A stretch of 64,000 bases of DNA, taken from Octopus bimaculoides (taxonomy: Eukaryota). The stretch covers positions 5,140,790 to 5,204,789 of the forward strand of contig NC_069000.1 in assembly GCF_001194135.2 (NCBI RefSeq), read 5' to 3'. The translations under genes and the position numbers were made by a program. This document shows positions 40,496 through 55,954 of the stretch, piece after piece (position 1 is the first letter of the stretch; every line of letters starts with the position of its first letter). A model generated the notes under the pieces. It was not told the DNA's origin. It did no database searches and worked only from the letters and a program-made list of their open reading frames with translations.

Positions 40496-42149
40496 GTTAA
40501 AGAAAAATATGTGGTTATATATGTGGAACTGTTCTAGGGACCATAGCCATCCAATTGTAGAATTTTTGCATTAAACTTCAATGAGCGTAGTAAGACACTG
40601 GATGTTACTTCAACATGATTGCAAAGTTTCACGAAAATTCGTTAACGGGTGTAGACGGCAACTTGACACAAACAGATATCCATATAAACAACACGCGCTT
40701 ATATGTGTAAGGATGACATACGTGTGTGTGCATGTGTTTGTGTGCGTGCGCCTTAAGTCAAACGAATGAGAAATGGGTGCTGATTACATGTAAAAGATAT
40801 GTTTTTATTTGTGATAGTGTAAATCCTGAGGCGAAAGTTTCGATTTCACAACATTTGATTTCCGAATTATTTATTTCCTGATTCCTGCTGGAACGAGTAT
40901 TCCATCAAAGGCAATCCAGAAATGAACACCGCATCAATTACTTTCGAGCCGTGACATTTTGTTTGTCCAGGATTCTGGACAGGATCCGATATCTGCTATA
41001 CGTTTTTTAGACAGTCAGTGATTTCAGAGATTTGTCGCGGCTCATAACTGCTGCTACTTCTAGCAAATGCTGTGACCACCTAGAATCTCCCTCGCGTCTA
41101 AACTAACACCTTAGATGTGTTAGATTTTGTCATTAAATAAATGACTTTTCTTTTATCATATCGATATATCGATATTTAATTAACATTGAATCATTTATAT
41201 TTCATTTAAATTACAGTCAAATGTCTGTATTTTTGCTTTTCTTGTTTTTCTTTATCTTTGCTCCTCGATTAAATGGAAAATGGCGCACTTGGGACTGCCT
41301 TTTCCATTCATTATCAAACGTGCCAAAATCGATTAATAAGGCTCTTATCGATGTAACATTAAAGCAGCAATTGTTGGTTTATTACTAATGATAATTTCTG
41401 TCTTAAAAAGAATATCGCACATTGACGAAATCGATTAGATGACGGACCAGAATATATGACTGGTAATTCTTTATTCGCGATCAAATATGACAAAATCGAT
41501 TAATGACATTGATTGATATTACAATAAAATGGAATTTTTAAAATTTATTATTTGTAATATTTTGCCTTAGAAACCACAAAGCCGTAACTTGGTAAATGAT
41601 TGAAACAGAATAGTGTATGTATGGAGGATACCTTATGTGGCCTGGTACTTGATTTATCGTCGTAGATTTGGTGGATGGAAGGCTAAACATCTAAAGTCCG
41701 AAAGATTGAGATTCAGGACCTAAACAGCCGTATATAAGTCATTCATCCAGCAATCTCCAGATTCAACCAATCACTCATCAGATGACCACAGCAGGGGGCA
41801 AAAGTAAGGGAAACGCTTCACAGATGCCTACCGCAACAATATATATATATATATANNNNNNNNNNTATATGTATATGTAATATGACTGAATTGAAGGTTG
41901 TAATGGCTTCTTGCAATCTTCACATTTTCCCTGTAGGTGATCTACTATTCTACTTCAGACGACTACAATAATTAAATATTAATTGATCACATTGGTATAA
42001 TTTGAGGATGAAAGTGTCACAAATCGATTAAACCGATTTCAATATATTATTGGTATTTACGTTAATGTCTGGAGAGCGATAAAAATATTAAAAATCGATC
42101 TGAGTAATTAGCAATATTAATAATAATAGTAGTAGTAGTAGTAATAATG

Positions 42150-42208
<59 letters not shown>

Positions 42209-42410
42209 TCGTTCTACTATCGGCACAAGGCTTGGAATCTGAAGGGAGGGGGCCAGTCGATTACATCGGCCACAATACTTGACTGGTACTTAATTTATGG
42301 GTCCCGAAATGATGAAATGCAAAATCGACCTCGGTTGAATTTGAACTCAGAACATAAGGACAGACGAAGTACCGCTAAGCATCTCGCCCGCCGTGCTAAC
42401 GTTTCTGTGG
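42209..42410 (-). mobile_element. SINE family B copy with (ATT)n tail at 42120-42208
   Basis: Reverse-complement match to the family B head, B box and core. Its 3' end runs directly into a TAA array. Confidence 0.85.
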
Positions 42411-42469
42411 GAGAGGTATATGATTTCATGCTGTCGGACTTGTTATGGATATGCAAGATTAATGGATAA

Positions 42470-42770
42470 CTTCCCGTTGCCGTAAAACCCCTTTACGAAT
42501 GTCCTGATTGGTGTCCTAAGGTAAATGGTATTATGTGGAAAACTTCGGCACGAGTTTATATAGTCAACTGTCCATTTTATAAACTTTAAGAACTGAATTG
42601 AAACGTAGAGCCGTCGTGAAACTGGTATCACAATCCATGGATGTAGGATCGATCGGCTTATACTCGCAGACAACATGGTACAACTTGGCTCATCAGAAAG
42701 TGATCACTTAACATTCAATGAATGGGTTTGCTGTGAAGTGCTACAAGTCAGGGATAGGAGCCGGAATCGA
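42470..42770 (+). mobile_element. LINE (RTE/L2-type) reverse transcriptase fragment, decayed
   Basis: AVKPLYECPDWCPKVNG ... GITIHGCRIDRLILADNMVQLGSSESD corresponds to the RT (Y/F)ADD-box region LLFADDLVLLASSE.D. Confidence 0.65.
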
Positions 42771-43235
42771 AACCTTGAGATAGATAACGTTAACGAAATA
42801 GCGAGAGCCATTTAGCTGGACTTATCAATGGCGTACATCGCTGTATTGCCTTCAGAGAATTCAAGATTAAAATACAGAAGCTATCAAGAATACAGTCAAG
42901 ATTCATTCGAAGACATGTAAGCTATACCAAGTTCATTTATTTTTTTCCTTCTCGTAATGTCGGCCAATGCTATTAAGGTTGTATTGGGAAATTTAAGAAA
43001 ATATTGGAAATCGAAATTCGATCGCATTTAGATATTTATGCTTTTCTTGGTAGTTTTCTGTTTTCTCTTTTGTTCGGTTTCACGCGAAGAAGAACGCCTT
43101 TTCCTGTCTTGCGTGTATTGTGTGTTTAAGTATTAAAAGGGGGTGGGGAAACAGAAGAGAAACTACTGGCATTATTACAGCTGTGATTACACGTTCGGTG
43201 AAAGGTGTTAGAGAATCTATTTCTTTCACTCTTCC

Positions 43236-43272
<37 letters not shown>

Positions 43273-43687
43273 GTATGTATGTATGTGGGTTTTTATATGT
43301 GTCTATACATACAGCCACACACACACAAACATTGGAGAAACGATGAGATGGTTTCCATTTGAAATGATATAAAAAGCCCGTCATATGTGCATACGTACAT
43401 TCTGTGTGTATATATATATATGTATATGAAGAGGAGAAGAGAAAGACAAAGAGAGGAAGTGAAGCCAATAAAGAACTGGAGTCACTGACACATTGCACCA
43501 CCTAGCTGTGAATGTATAATAATGAAGAAGAGATGTAGCATATTTTCAGAGAAATTGGATATTTTATTGACTTCTGGCAGACATACTTAAACAAAAATAG
43601 ACACATACAGGGAGGGGCATATGTATAGAAATGTGTGCTTATATATGTGCGCGCGTGCACGCACACATCTATGTATATATGTATACC

Positions 43688-43770
<83 letters not shown>

Positions 43771-44054
43771 GTAAGTATATACGTGTGTATATGTGCATAT
43801 CTATATCCATATACACTCGCATGTATATAAATGGTTATACGTGCATACACACACACTTATGTACGAGCACATATTCTCACACAGAGTGGAAACGCTGTTT
43901 GATCTTTCTTTTTAGCGTTAAACGGTCACCATCTCACCAGTTTGGTATCACCCCTTCCTTCTTTATTCATCTATCACCGCTTCCTTTCTCACCCATACGT
44001 TGTGACCGAGACAAACACAAGAGTATTAATATGGTAAAAGATGCCTAGATGTAA

Positions 44055-44350
44055 AGCCGTGTGGTTCTGTGGTCAGTGTGTTACATTCACATTCGCAAGA
44101 TCATTGTTTCGAATCCTAGACTGGAGATGCTCTGATTTCTTGGAGCAAGACACCGTGTTTCAATTTACTCCATCTGATGCAGGTGTAAAAGTGTAACGCT
44201 GTGATTGAGTGGAGATCCATCAACGGCGAATGTGGGCCTGACTGCCTAACTATTGTAGTGGCGCCATTCGAATCCTAAACGCCAAAAATCAATGCGAGGA
44301 AGCGGATTGTGACCAGTGGTGTATAACAACATAGTTTGTTCGATACATTA
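44055..44350 (+). mobile_element. Decayed tRNA/CORE-like SINE
   Basis: A-box-like gtggttctgtgg, B-box gtttcgaatcc, and ttggagcaagacaccgtgtttcaatttactcc, which is similar to the 52897-53235 copy. Confidence 0.6.
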
Positions 44351-44866
44351 CTACAATGTGATGCGTGTATTTATACTTGATTCAAGAAACGAGTCTCAGG
44401 TTCATTGATAGACCTGTCAAAATTAACAACTAAATCGTCTCTCATATCACATCCTGCTAACATCTGTACGGTATAAAATAAATTACCTTTCAGTGTTGTG
44501 ACCCACTGACTAATATTTAACATTCTCCTTTAACAGCAGCAGTGCATTAAAGCGCAAGTATTCAATATAAATACAGAACGGATCAGGTAGTCGGAAAGAT
44601 TATTTCAGTTCTAAGATTAGTTTTCAATGATCCATATATTTGACCTAAATTTTTGAGCCTCAAATCTTTTTTTATTTATTTCTTGATGGTAATTATTTCA
44701 CTTCACGTTAGCCAGTAATTTTCATATGGAAATGCATTGATATCATGCCATGAACTGGGGCGGGAAAGCAGAAAATTAGATAGATAGATTGATTCGTTGA
44801 TAGATAGATGTTTAGATAGATAGATAGGTAGATTAGAGTGATAGATAGCTAGACGAACAAATAGAC

Positions 44867-44905
<39 letters not shown>

Positions 44906-45370
44906 GAATGCGATGGACTGATCCTCAGTTTCTTAATACATCCAGTCACGATATTCGAACCACTTAGCTGACAATAATATCTTCGCCAGAACGGGCCGGA
45001 TGGACAAATATATTTTAAAGTAGTTTCACCTTTCACATATTCATCAAAACAGCCGCAGCAACCCATCCTATTCTTAATGCAGGATTAACATTGTTGCTGA
45101 TGCTGTATAACCTTAAAGCCAACGCTTATTTAGGAAACCTATAATGGAAGATTTTCCAACCGTGACAATCCAATATTTCTTTCAGCGTAGTGTATTTAAT
45201 ATACGAGATTATTCCATTGTGCCACTCCTCGTTGGTGGTCATTCTTATTTAATCGACCCTGGAATAAGAGAATAACGATGGAAGTTAGTAAAGTCGTAAA
45301 CGCCACTTTTATTTATGCTTACATAGTATAACTAGGTTAATTATACTTCCATTATTTTTTTTTCTATAGT

Positions 45371-45550
45371 GGAGGCTCAATAGCCCAGTGGTTTTGGCCA
45401 GCGTTCTGTGTTCAAATTCCGCCGCGGTCGGCTTTGCCTATCATCCTTTCGGAGGCTATAAATTAAGTACCGGTTGCGTACTAGGATCGATCTAATCGAC
45501 TGGTCCCCTCCCACAAAATTTCGAGCCTTGTGCCTAGAGTAGAAAAGATT
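45371..45550 (+). mobile_element. SINE family B body with a different tRNA-like head
   Basis: ggaggctcaatagcccagtgg head, gttcaaattcc B box, tcatcctttcggaggctataaattaagtaccgg core and ccttgtgcctagagtagaaaagatt tail. Confidence 0.82.
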
Positions 45551-46885
45551 GTAGAATTATAACCAGTACCCTGCTCATAAATTCTGAGAACAAGGAAGCG
45601 GCAAACGATATAATGGTAACCATTTTTTCCGGTGTGCTAACTATTCTGCCAGCTCACCGCTTTGACAGTAGCAAAATAATAACGAAACTACTTCCATCTC
45701 CAAAATCATGACCACCACGATGAATGTGAAGAACTGGAACCACAACTATTGCAAAGCATTTTTTTCTAGCGTTCTTGCGATTCAAGAAGACAAGTGTTTG
45801 AGTGTGTGCTCTCGTTCAACCTGCAAGAAATATCAGATAAATAAAAGATCAAATAAACATTCGAAGTCGACAGACTTGATACGTAAAGCATTATTTGTAA
45901 ATAATTCATACACTTCAGACATCAAATCAAAAAACACTCTTTTATGTCCGTGCATATACTCAAAAATTCCTTTGGAACAGACACCAACTGCAGGAAATTG
46001 GCTGATGTAATCCTACTGTGATACCTGCACATCGACAGCATCAAATTTCTTAGTGCGAGTTCATACCTTTCACACGTCACTAATGTAGACTTGCTTTATT
46101 ATTATAAGATTCACTACATATTCAATCAGTTTAAAACGAGCATTATAGACAGACGATGGTCTACCAGGTCCCAATACATGGGCAGGAGACAAAGTTGAAA
46201 AAGACTTCAAAGTATTCTCTTAAAGAATTCCATTACAAAATACTAATTCGGATCATCCTATCCATTGTAAATTTCTTTAATATGCTGCAGTTAACAACAT
46301 GTGGATGTTATCTTGCTAGAAACGTTAGCCAATCGCTTCTGTGTATGTAAGCAAACAAACACTGCGATCGTTTACCTTCGGTAATACAAAAGAAATACAT
46401 ATCAAACCTTGCTGCAGAATGTCACAGACATAATCCAATGAGGTGATAATCTGCGAAGCAATAGATGTAAAAATGAAACATTCAGGAAATTGGAATACAT
46501 ATGCAAAGTCGCACCAGATCAACATGTGTGTGTCAGTGTGTGTCTGCTGCGTATGATGTAAAGAAAGAATGACGTCTACATATTAGATTCATTGGTAAAA
46601 ATAACAGTTAAATCTCCCATAAATCACAACCTACTTCACAGTTTTAGAGGAAGTATAAACAAAACTTACCAGAAACATACGGCTAACGGTCATGAAGACA
46701 AAATGAGTCGGTTTGGAATTTGCTGGAAACTTAATAACTCGGCTCAGAGAGTACTAGACACTCCAATACCTAAGCTGTTTTAGGTCTACTACAAGAGCTA
46801 TCCATTCCATTAATATTATTACTCCCTTGTATCTCTCTCTAGCACAACTTCTTCCTTTCTTTACCTCACTTTTATATGCTTTCTT

Positions 46886-46916
<31 letters not shown>

Positions 46917-47234
46917 TTCTTTCTCTCCCGTTTACCCTTCCTCGGTCTCTCGTTCAATAACCCACTGTTTCTCTCCATATTAATTATATATAACTTACAC
47001 CTTCTAATCCACTCACTCTCTCTTCTCTCTCCCTGTGTATCGCTTCATCGTATCTACATTCTCTCCCCCCACCCTCTATTTTTACATTCTCTTTCTATTT
47101 TATTCTCCTTTATCTCTTCCTAACTCGCTCAGTCTCTCTAAACCTTCACCACTCGTGGTCTTTCTCTGTCTACTCAGCTCTTTCCCATTTACTCATTCGC
47201 TGCTCTCAAATATCACCCACATATTCACTCTTCC

Positions 47235-47280
<46 letters not shown>

Positions 47281-47297
47281 NNNNNNNNNNNNNNNNN

Positions 47298-47353
<56 letters not shown>

Positions 47354-47489
47354 ATATATATATATATTATACACACACACAAACGCACATACACACACAC
47401 ATATACGCTCATATATATATATGTATCCTCTCTCGTCCTCTCTATTCCATTAACATACTTTTCTCCCACAATGTGCCTCCCTCTCCCCC

Positions 47490-47527
<38 letters not shown>

Positions 47528-48399
47528 TTCTCTTCCCTGCAACACCGATCAAAGTGTTTCAATGCTTTAATTCTGTTGGCACCGACAAACGCAATTAGTC
47601 TCACTATTCCACAACAAATAGATGCGGATTGTGGGATGTCTATGCGTGTGGTTGCATGACTGTCTATATATGTGGGTATGGACATTAGTCACTCTCTCTC
47701 TCTCTCTCTCTCTCTCTAAATATATACGTACGAATCTGTGAGACTATAGGTGTGACAGTATGTTTGCATTTATAAACTTACCTATGTATTATGTACGTCC
47801 GTATCTACGTATGTAGGTGTGATCATATGAAAATATGATTGTATTTTTATATGTGTGTACATGCGTATGTAGAAATGGATGTATGTATGAATTATGCATG
47901 TGTGTGTATGTGTGAATGTGCAAATCTATATGCGGATGTAGGTCTATATATGCCTCTGTGTATGTGTATTTTATGTCTGCGTATGTTTTTCTAGCTTCGA
48001 TTGTGTTTTAACATAGGTGTGCATAACAGATTGTAACAATGTGCATAAATTGAAGCCGAAAGCCATGTATGTAGCTATTGAATGTACATATATGTGTATG
48101 AGTGTGGGTGTATGTGTGGATGTGTGTGCGTGTGTGTGCCGTCACGTTTGAATGTGTATAGGAATGAGTGCTATTATCACTGTCTATATGCGTATGCATT
48201 TGTATATGTGTGGCTCCGTGTGTGAACATAGGTTGGTGTAGGTAGCATCGGTTTTACTGTTTAAATGCCAAAACTCTTATTAAATTACAGTGCAAATCTA
48301 AAGTATATCAGTCTACTCGGCATATGCAGAGGTCTGATCTAATGTAGGACGCTAGAGATCGTTGGGTTTTCTTACATGTTGCATATATACTTACACACG

Positions 48400-48432
<33 letters not shown>

Positions 48433-48755
48433 AAATATATACCTGGTAAGTAAGAAAGGATTGGACAGCCACGCGTTCAACGTAAACTCCACTCTTTATA
48501 TACACATCCGTGTATATTTGTATGTATGTACATTCGAACACAAACAGTTACACATACATATGCACATGGAGAAATAGATGCTACTCACCAAGCCACTAAA
48601 TGAAACGGCTATTATAACAAACATCAATAGTAATCCCACTGATACGATATAATCCGCGATCGATCATGTTGCTAAATAAAACACGCAGCATAAATTAATG
48701 CTTCCATGTTTTCGATATTGAATGTCCTACTGTTTTCTGTGATAATTATTATTGG

Positions 48756-48770
48756 GCAACAGATGGCGCT
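48756..48770 (+). promoter_or_regulatory. CTCF-like motif GCAACAGATGGCGCT
   Basis: Matches the CCASYAGRKGGCRS consensus at 12 of 14 positions in otherwise unique AT-rich DNA. Motif match only. Confidence 0.3.
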
Positions 48771-49511
48771 AACAACGAGAGATTAAAATGACTTCACACA
48801 ACGAAAATGGATTCCCTCTCTTAAAACGAAAAAGGAAAAATAAAATATATAAATAAAACAAAGAAAGAATTCCTGACAAACTCAGCAAGATCATCGGATA
48901 AAGGTGTACTAGTCATTTGATGCAATGTGAATAATATATTCCCGAATCAGCAGTGGTGAATTTGTGATAGGCTATGGAAATCAATGGGAATAGCAAATGG
49001 GAGACACACACAAGCAAGCTAATGGCCCTTAAACAAGAGCTGCGAGTGGTAAGCTGCAAAATGTGTTCTCATAGGCACCGTATGAGTGTGAACTGTAAAT
49101 TTGCATAAATATTTGTTGGATGTCGCAGTATAAAAGGCAATTTGAGGAGGAAAATGAATACTCTTGCTTAGAATAATGTGGTTGCACTTAAAGGAGAAGG
49201 AATATACGTAAGCGACACAAATGCAATCCAGAAAAATTAAATGAGCTCCAATGAGTTCTCCCTATTCTCCCTCTCCCCCCTCTCTCGTGTAGCTATATAT
49301 GATATGTATATGTATTTATACATATATACACATATATACATATACATACATACATACATACAGAGAGGGAGAAAAGAGAGAGAAAAATAAGAGAGCTTAA
49401 GAGAGATAGAAAGAGAGAGAGGGTGGGGTGCGTGACCTCGAATTCTAGCAATATTCATGTTACTAGAATAAAGAAATTTAGAAACAGACAGAAGACTGAG
49501 AGAGAGGACAG

Positions 49512-49560
<49 letters not shown>

Positions 49561-50609
49561 GTATGTTGTGCCAATGTTACCTAGTAACAAAGAGAGAGAC
49601 AAAATAGATTTTTCAAAGGAAAGAGACTTTTTACTTGCTTTTATATGAAAATTATTTCAAATTACTCTAAACTATTTCCATTGCAACGGTATCACCAGAG
49701 GTTCAATTCCTGAAGTTATTTAAGTCGATTGTAGATACGTCTGGGGTAACCTATATAGACAAACACCATGTTAACAACCATAAGTCAAATTTATGAACGA
49801 ATAACAGTCTATCTTAGACAGGTTACTGTTCTAACACATTACATTTGGAAGGTGTTGATTTATAAAATCTACGGCGTGAATAAAATAGACGGTTGAATTT
49901 TTAGAAACATAAAAATTCTACTGAAAATATCGATTGTCTCAGACATTTGCACGCAATCATATTTGCGATCAGTAGTTGGTGCAATATGTCGTTAAATTCT
50001 CACCTTGCAATGCGGTATAACGTTGTGGCCAATACAATATAAAATTCCATCGATAAAGCGTATTATCCTGGGACAAATATTATAAACAATATTTCTGACA
50101 TTTGGTTCATTCACACAAGGAATAGCAACAGACCATTCCTAACAAAATCTAACATCGAATGCAATCTTAACATAGAATTACGTAGGAAAATAATGGGTAG
50201 AAAACTCCGAGAGTGTGTTCGGTGCATGAAAAACAATTAGTAACATGGTTACTAACATACTGTACGTAGTGAAGCTTGGTATATTAGTTAATTACAATTA
50301 CATTCATAATGAAAAAGTACCATTTATCTTAAGGATTAATGCTGATAAACATGGGAAGTAGGGATTATTCAGATTGTTTTAGGGGCCAGAATAAGAAATA
50401 AAAAATAATAAAGCTGTGTAGTTTTGTGGAATGAATTGCGTAGCTGATATGGAAACATCATTTAAATTCTACATGAAAAATTGTATCTAAGCTAGAATAT
50501 ATATTTAAAATTGCATCTGTGATTATTGGGATACTTGATAATGTAGCTTGCTTCAATGAAAATAACCAACGGGTTAAGTGAGACATATTCATGACTAAGG
50601 CTTGCTTAT

Positions 50610-50674
<65 letters not shown>

Positions 50675-52734
50675 GTTACTGTTTCCTGTCTAACCAACAA
50701 ATCAAATGAAGTATTTCTTTGGAATTGTATTTCTTTGGAATTGTATTTCTATTGTAGTGTTTATGGAAGACCTAAAACTCATGTTAGACACGACAGGAAT
50801 ATTTAGTAATTGTCATTAGCATGAATCTATTTTTTAATAAGATTTTGTTCCAAACAAGGTTTGAGGTCACTGTAGAGTAAAGGACAAAAACAAAAGAGAT
50901 TAAAGGACTGAATATTATAGAACGACGGGAAACAAGACGAGGGTAGTGAGTTCCAGAGAGCAGGGTTCCATCTACATATTTAAGGATGCTCTGACAGTTC
51001 ATCAGAACAAGGTTCATGAAGAAATGACTATCCCAATCATTATTTTGTTAGTTGAGATTTATTCATGACAAGTGCTCACTACTCCAGTCATTCTTTCTAT
51101 GTATCCTGTCTGCCCAACAAGCCAGCAGTGATCAGAATTTGTTCAAGTATAATGATGTTTGTGAAATACTTCGTATTTGTCCGCCGGAGCGACTAGCAGC
51201 ATTTAATTACCTTTCAGTATGATTGATACTTGTGCGTTTACTTTGTATACTGTCAACCTCATCCCTTGTGTGCGAACATCTTCAATCTGGTGGCGAGACT
51301 AGGTCAAGACGACTAGGAATGCAGAATGATGCAGTGGATGGTAGACAAGCCACTATATGTAACTAATCCAAAGCAGAAAAGACCGGCAAATAAAGCGGTT
51401 AAGAGGGGGTTCCTCAATCTTTAGTGCAACTCCCAAACCAGGACTCATACACCGGATATAATACTTAAATTTCATCTTAAACGCAGGTTAAAGTGTATGA
51501 TATATTCTCTCATATCAGTAACGCGTCCTGTTGTTTGTCATCTCTCATGTTACCCCCGGAAGGGTTACAGACCGAATTTTTAAAAGTTGTGTCACTTAAA
51601 AATAAAAGTAGTAATAAAATTGACGAAAATATCAAATCAAGAAAAATAAGTTGTGTATGATGTCATTCGAAATACTTATATTCATAAATCAACCAGATAT
51701 TTTCACTGCGATCAACAGGTAACTACCAACTTATCTCATTCAAAACGGCAGGTGTGTGCGAAACACTGTTCAAAGAACTCTTCTTCCTCTCATAATCGCT
51801 CTCATAAAAGATTACTACCAAATTGTTATTATTCAAATGAAAGACGCATTTATGTTTAATTTTCGGAGATACACCTGCCAGGCAAGTGGTTTGATCTGAG
51901 AGTGTTGAAACTAAAACAATTACAGCAAAGAAAACACGCATTGTCAATTCAAAAACACACAAAGGCTGTTAATTTCACTTAAAAATTTATTATCTGACGT
52001 CAAAATTCTCGGCGTTCCGCCTGCGCCTGGTCACAGACACGATTTCACGGCATTTATATCTAATATGTTTTATCAAAACGATTTAGTTTCATCTGTGACT
52101 TCAAATAAATACAGTACCTTCTGGTTTTAGTTAGTTAACTCGACTTATTCTTGTGATGAGGTTGACAGTATACAACATTACTCATAAAACAAAACTGTAT
52201 TCATTTAATTGATTTTCCGAATCGAATTCTATACTTCCCTCCTTTACTTTCCTTCTCTCCTCACTCATCTTTTCCAATTTAAACGGATTCTGATCCTTTG
52301 AATACGTAACTATTTGTTTCAACCTGATATACTCGTTTCTTTTCTCGTTCCCGATATTGCAATAACCAATTCTCAGAACTCTATAGTTCCTCTGTACAAT
52401 GAAATTCAATTCTAACCAAAGCTAGTGTTATTTATCATTGATCTCAATTTATGTTGAAGCCAACTTTGGTTTTTATCCTTCCAGGATTGATCAAATACTT
52501 GTCAGACACCTAACTTGGTGTACATCACTTACAATTCCACTCAAAAAACTGCTGACCTTGTGCAAAATTTGAAACCATTATTATTGATATTCTCCGCCTA
52601 TAATACCAATAACTTGTCAACCCCACAGACCTGATTATAAAACACATTCTAATCGCAACCATTTCTTCATTCTTAACAATTTATATTTCACAAATATTCA
52701 ATCTTGGTACTCGTCTCCATTTTCCACTAATGCT

Positions 52735-52895
52735 GAACCACTTGGGTGGATAAAGAGCAGTTCGGAAGCAGACAGCAAGATCAGGAAGGCACAAGCATGG
52801 AGAGCTTGTCACAAACCCAAGAAGGTCTACAACTCCAGATTGCCAAGGCAAATCAAAGTCAAGCCGTTCATGGTAATTGCCGAATCAGTGATAGT
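52735..52895 (+). mobile_element. LINE (RTE/RTEX-like) post-RT fragment
   Basis: WIKSSSEADSKIRKAQAWRACHKPKKVYNSRLPRQIKVKPFMVIAESV matches the YLGSWI.SSE.DIKVRKA.AWRACHKL..IW.S.L...K..LF...VESV motif. Confidence 0.72.
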
Positions 52896-52896
52896 T

Positions 52897-53235
52897 TCGA
52901 GGCCCGCTTCGGTCATGACTGACCATGGGATTGCACCTAGAAAGTTACCCTCCAAGGCACAAGCCCGGGCAAGGTTGTTTATGGAAGACCAGTAGTCGCC
53001 CATTCATACCGGCCTCCCTCTCTCCTCACCACCAGTGTTATCCAAAGGAAAGGCAAAGGCCGATACAGCTTGGCACCAGTGACGTCGCAACTCATTTCTA
53101 CAGCTGAGTGAACTGGAGCAACGTGAAATAAAGTGTCTTGCTCAAGAGCACAACACGCATCCCGGTCCGGGACTCGAACTCACAAGCTCACGAGCGTAAG
53201 CTCAACGCTCTAACCACTGAACCATGCGCCTTCAC
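52897..53235 (-). mobile_element. tRNA-derived SINE, near full length, CORE-like central domain
   Basis: Minus-strand head gtgaaggcgcaTGGTTCAGTGGttagagcg...GTTCGAGTCCcgg carries Pol III A and B boxes, followed by ttgagcaagacactttatttcacgttgctccagttcactcagctg (CORE-like). Confidence 0.85.
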
Positions 53236-53790
53236 AGTGAGTTTACTACATGTAGTCAGGTTTTCTCTAAAATTTATTAATGCTCACAAAATTCGAAAGG
53301 ATCTTGAGTTAATTTCTTCACCTAATTATACTTTTCATTCATTTCTTTCTTCTTATCTTTCCTCTTTCATATCTGATTACAGTAACATCGGCTTCGTTTT
53401 TATTTTTCCGTTGTTTTTGGTTCAATATATATTAAGGTGCGGTGAGTGTATTATCATAATGCAGAGGATGCCTCGTTTGTATTATCGAGGAAAATGATGG
53501 ATGGCAAAACTGAGCTCAGCGCCTGGTTTTACAGGTATATTAAAATCGATAACAGCGGTGGTGGTACATGTTTTATTTTATAAAGAAGAAACAGATAGTG
53601 GTGGCAATGGTGGAGGAGTACGATCAGAGATCATGTGTGTGTGTGTGTGTTTGTGTATATGTGAATGTGTTCTTGACTTTGTCTGCATGTAGGTATGTGT
53701 GTAGGTTGGGTCGTAAGGTAAGGACAAGCGCGAAGTAACAGGGTTGGCAGAATTTGTGTGTGTATGTCTGTGTGTCTTTATATATATATG

Positions 53791-53823
<33 letters not shown>

Positions 53824-53946
53824 ATAAATATATAGAGAGGGAGAGAGGTGGGAGAGGGAGATAAAGGAGTAGTTAAATAGATAAAGGATGTATATGCGTT
53901 TGCAAATATATGTATTTAGATATGTATATATGTGTGCATATATACG

Positions 53947-53994
<48 letters not shown>

Positions 53995-54103
53995 CACATA
54001 TACATATATATATATATATACCTATTTATCAACCTACTAATCTATTTATCTCCATGTATACACAAGCACACATGCGCATACACTCACACACACAGCCACA
54101 CGC

Positions 54104-54145
<42 letters not shown>

Positions 54146-54581
54146 ACACAAACGCATCAATATGAGTTTACGAAAGTATTATTAGCCTGACGTCATTGTA
54201 TTTTCACTTCCGCCATGTTAATCTGTAGAACATAAAGAACCTCTATAGTTTGATGTAGTGTACATTGTAGCTGACGTTACATTCCATATTGCATAACACA
54301 CATTCGGAACTTTGGATAGCTTCTACTGAAAATCTATAAATCCCGTGATATTTGTTTAAAACATACTCACATAGAGATAATAATGGTAAAATGATTGGTG
54401 CCATGACAAATAGAATATATATTGCACCAGCAGCACCAGCAGTTGCAGTTGTTTCGAAATGAAACAAAAATACAAAGAACTACAAATATCCCAACAAAAC
54501 ATGAAGACATGAACCCGAATAAGCAAATAGAAACATATTTCTTATATGCATGCATACTTAAGTGAAACAGAATGTATGTAT

Positions 54582-54649
<68 letters not shown>

Positions 54650-54741
54650 NNNNNNNNNNTATATATATATATATGCAATGTGTGTGTGTTTATGTATGCA
54701 TGAATGTATGTATAAACGTATCTTTGTGTATATATTTCTGC

Positions 54742-54782
<41 letters not shown>

Positions 54783-54886
54783 AATATATTTCAAAACATA
54801 TAGGGGCATGTATATTAACACACTGATAATATATATACATGTCTTGTAATACTTTTCGGATTATTTCTCTCCCCTCTCTCTCTCTT

Positions 54887-54941
<55 letters not shown>

Positions 54942-55060
54942 GTCTGCCTGTCTGTCTGTCTGTCTCTCTCTCTCTCACCTCACATACGTACTCAAATACA
55001 TCCTTATGTCTACGTGTTTATGTGTGTGTAGATATGTATGTCTATTTAGATACACGCACG

Positions 55061-55116
<56 letters not shown>

Positions 55117-55595
55117 NNNNNNNNNNNNNNNNNNNNNNNNNNNNNNNNNNNNNNNNNNNNNNNNNNNNNNNNNNNNNNNNNNNNNNNNNNNNNNNNNNNN
55201 NNNNNNNNNNNNNNNNNNNNNNNNNNNNNNNNNNNNNNNNNNNNNNNNNNNNNNNNNNNNNNNNNNNNNNNNNNNNNNNNNNNNNNNNNNNNNNNNNNNN
55301 NNNNNNNNNNNNNNNNNNNNNNNNNNNNNNNNNNNNNNNNNNNNNNNNNNNNNNNNNNNNNNNNNNNNNNNNNNNNNNNNNNNNNNNNNNNNNNNNNNNN
55401 NNNNNNNNNNNNNNNNNNNNNNNNNNNNNNNNNNNNNNNNNNNNNNNNNNNNNNNNNNNNNNNNNNNNNNNNNNNNNNNNNNNNNNNNNNNNNNNNNNNN
55501 NNNNNNNNNNNNNNNNNNNNNNNNNNNNNNNNNNNNNNNNNNNNNNNNNNNNNNNNNNNNNNNNNNNNNNNNNNNNNNNNNNNNNNNNNNNNNNN

Positions 55596-55795
55596 NTAGG
55601 GCGAGAGAGAGAGAGAGAGTGTGAGAGGTAGAGCGAGAGAGAGAGAGATAAAGAGAGAAAGAGAAAGGGAGAGGTAGAGCGAGAGAGAGAGAGATTTAGA
55701 GCGAGAGAGAGAGAGAGATTTAGAGCGAGAGAGAGAGAGATAAAGAGAGAAAGAGAAAGGGAGAGGTAGAGCGAGAGAGAGAGAGAGGTAGAGCT

Positions 55796-55829
<34 letters not shown>

Positions 55830-55871
55830 AGGGAGAGGTAGAGCGAGAGAGAGATAGAGAGAGGTAGAGCT

Positions 55872-55954
<83 letters not shown>

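Noticed and set aside
44833-45066. ORF MGCCGCFDEYVKGETTLKYICPSG... with an apparent myristoylation/palmitoylation start
   Set aside because: It runs into an (ATCT)n repeat, has no recognisable homology, and no compatible downstream exon was found.
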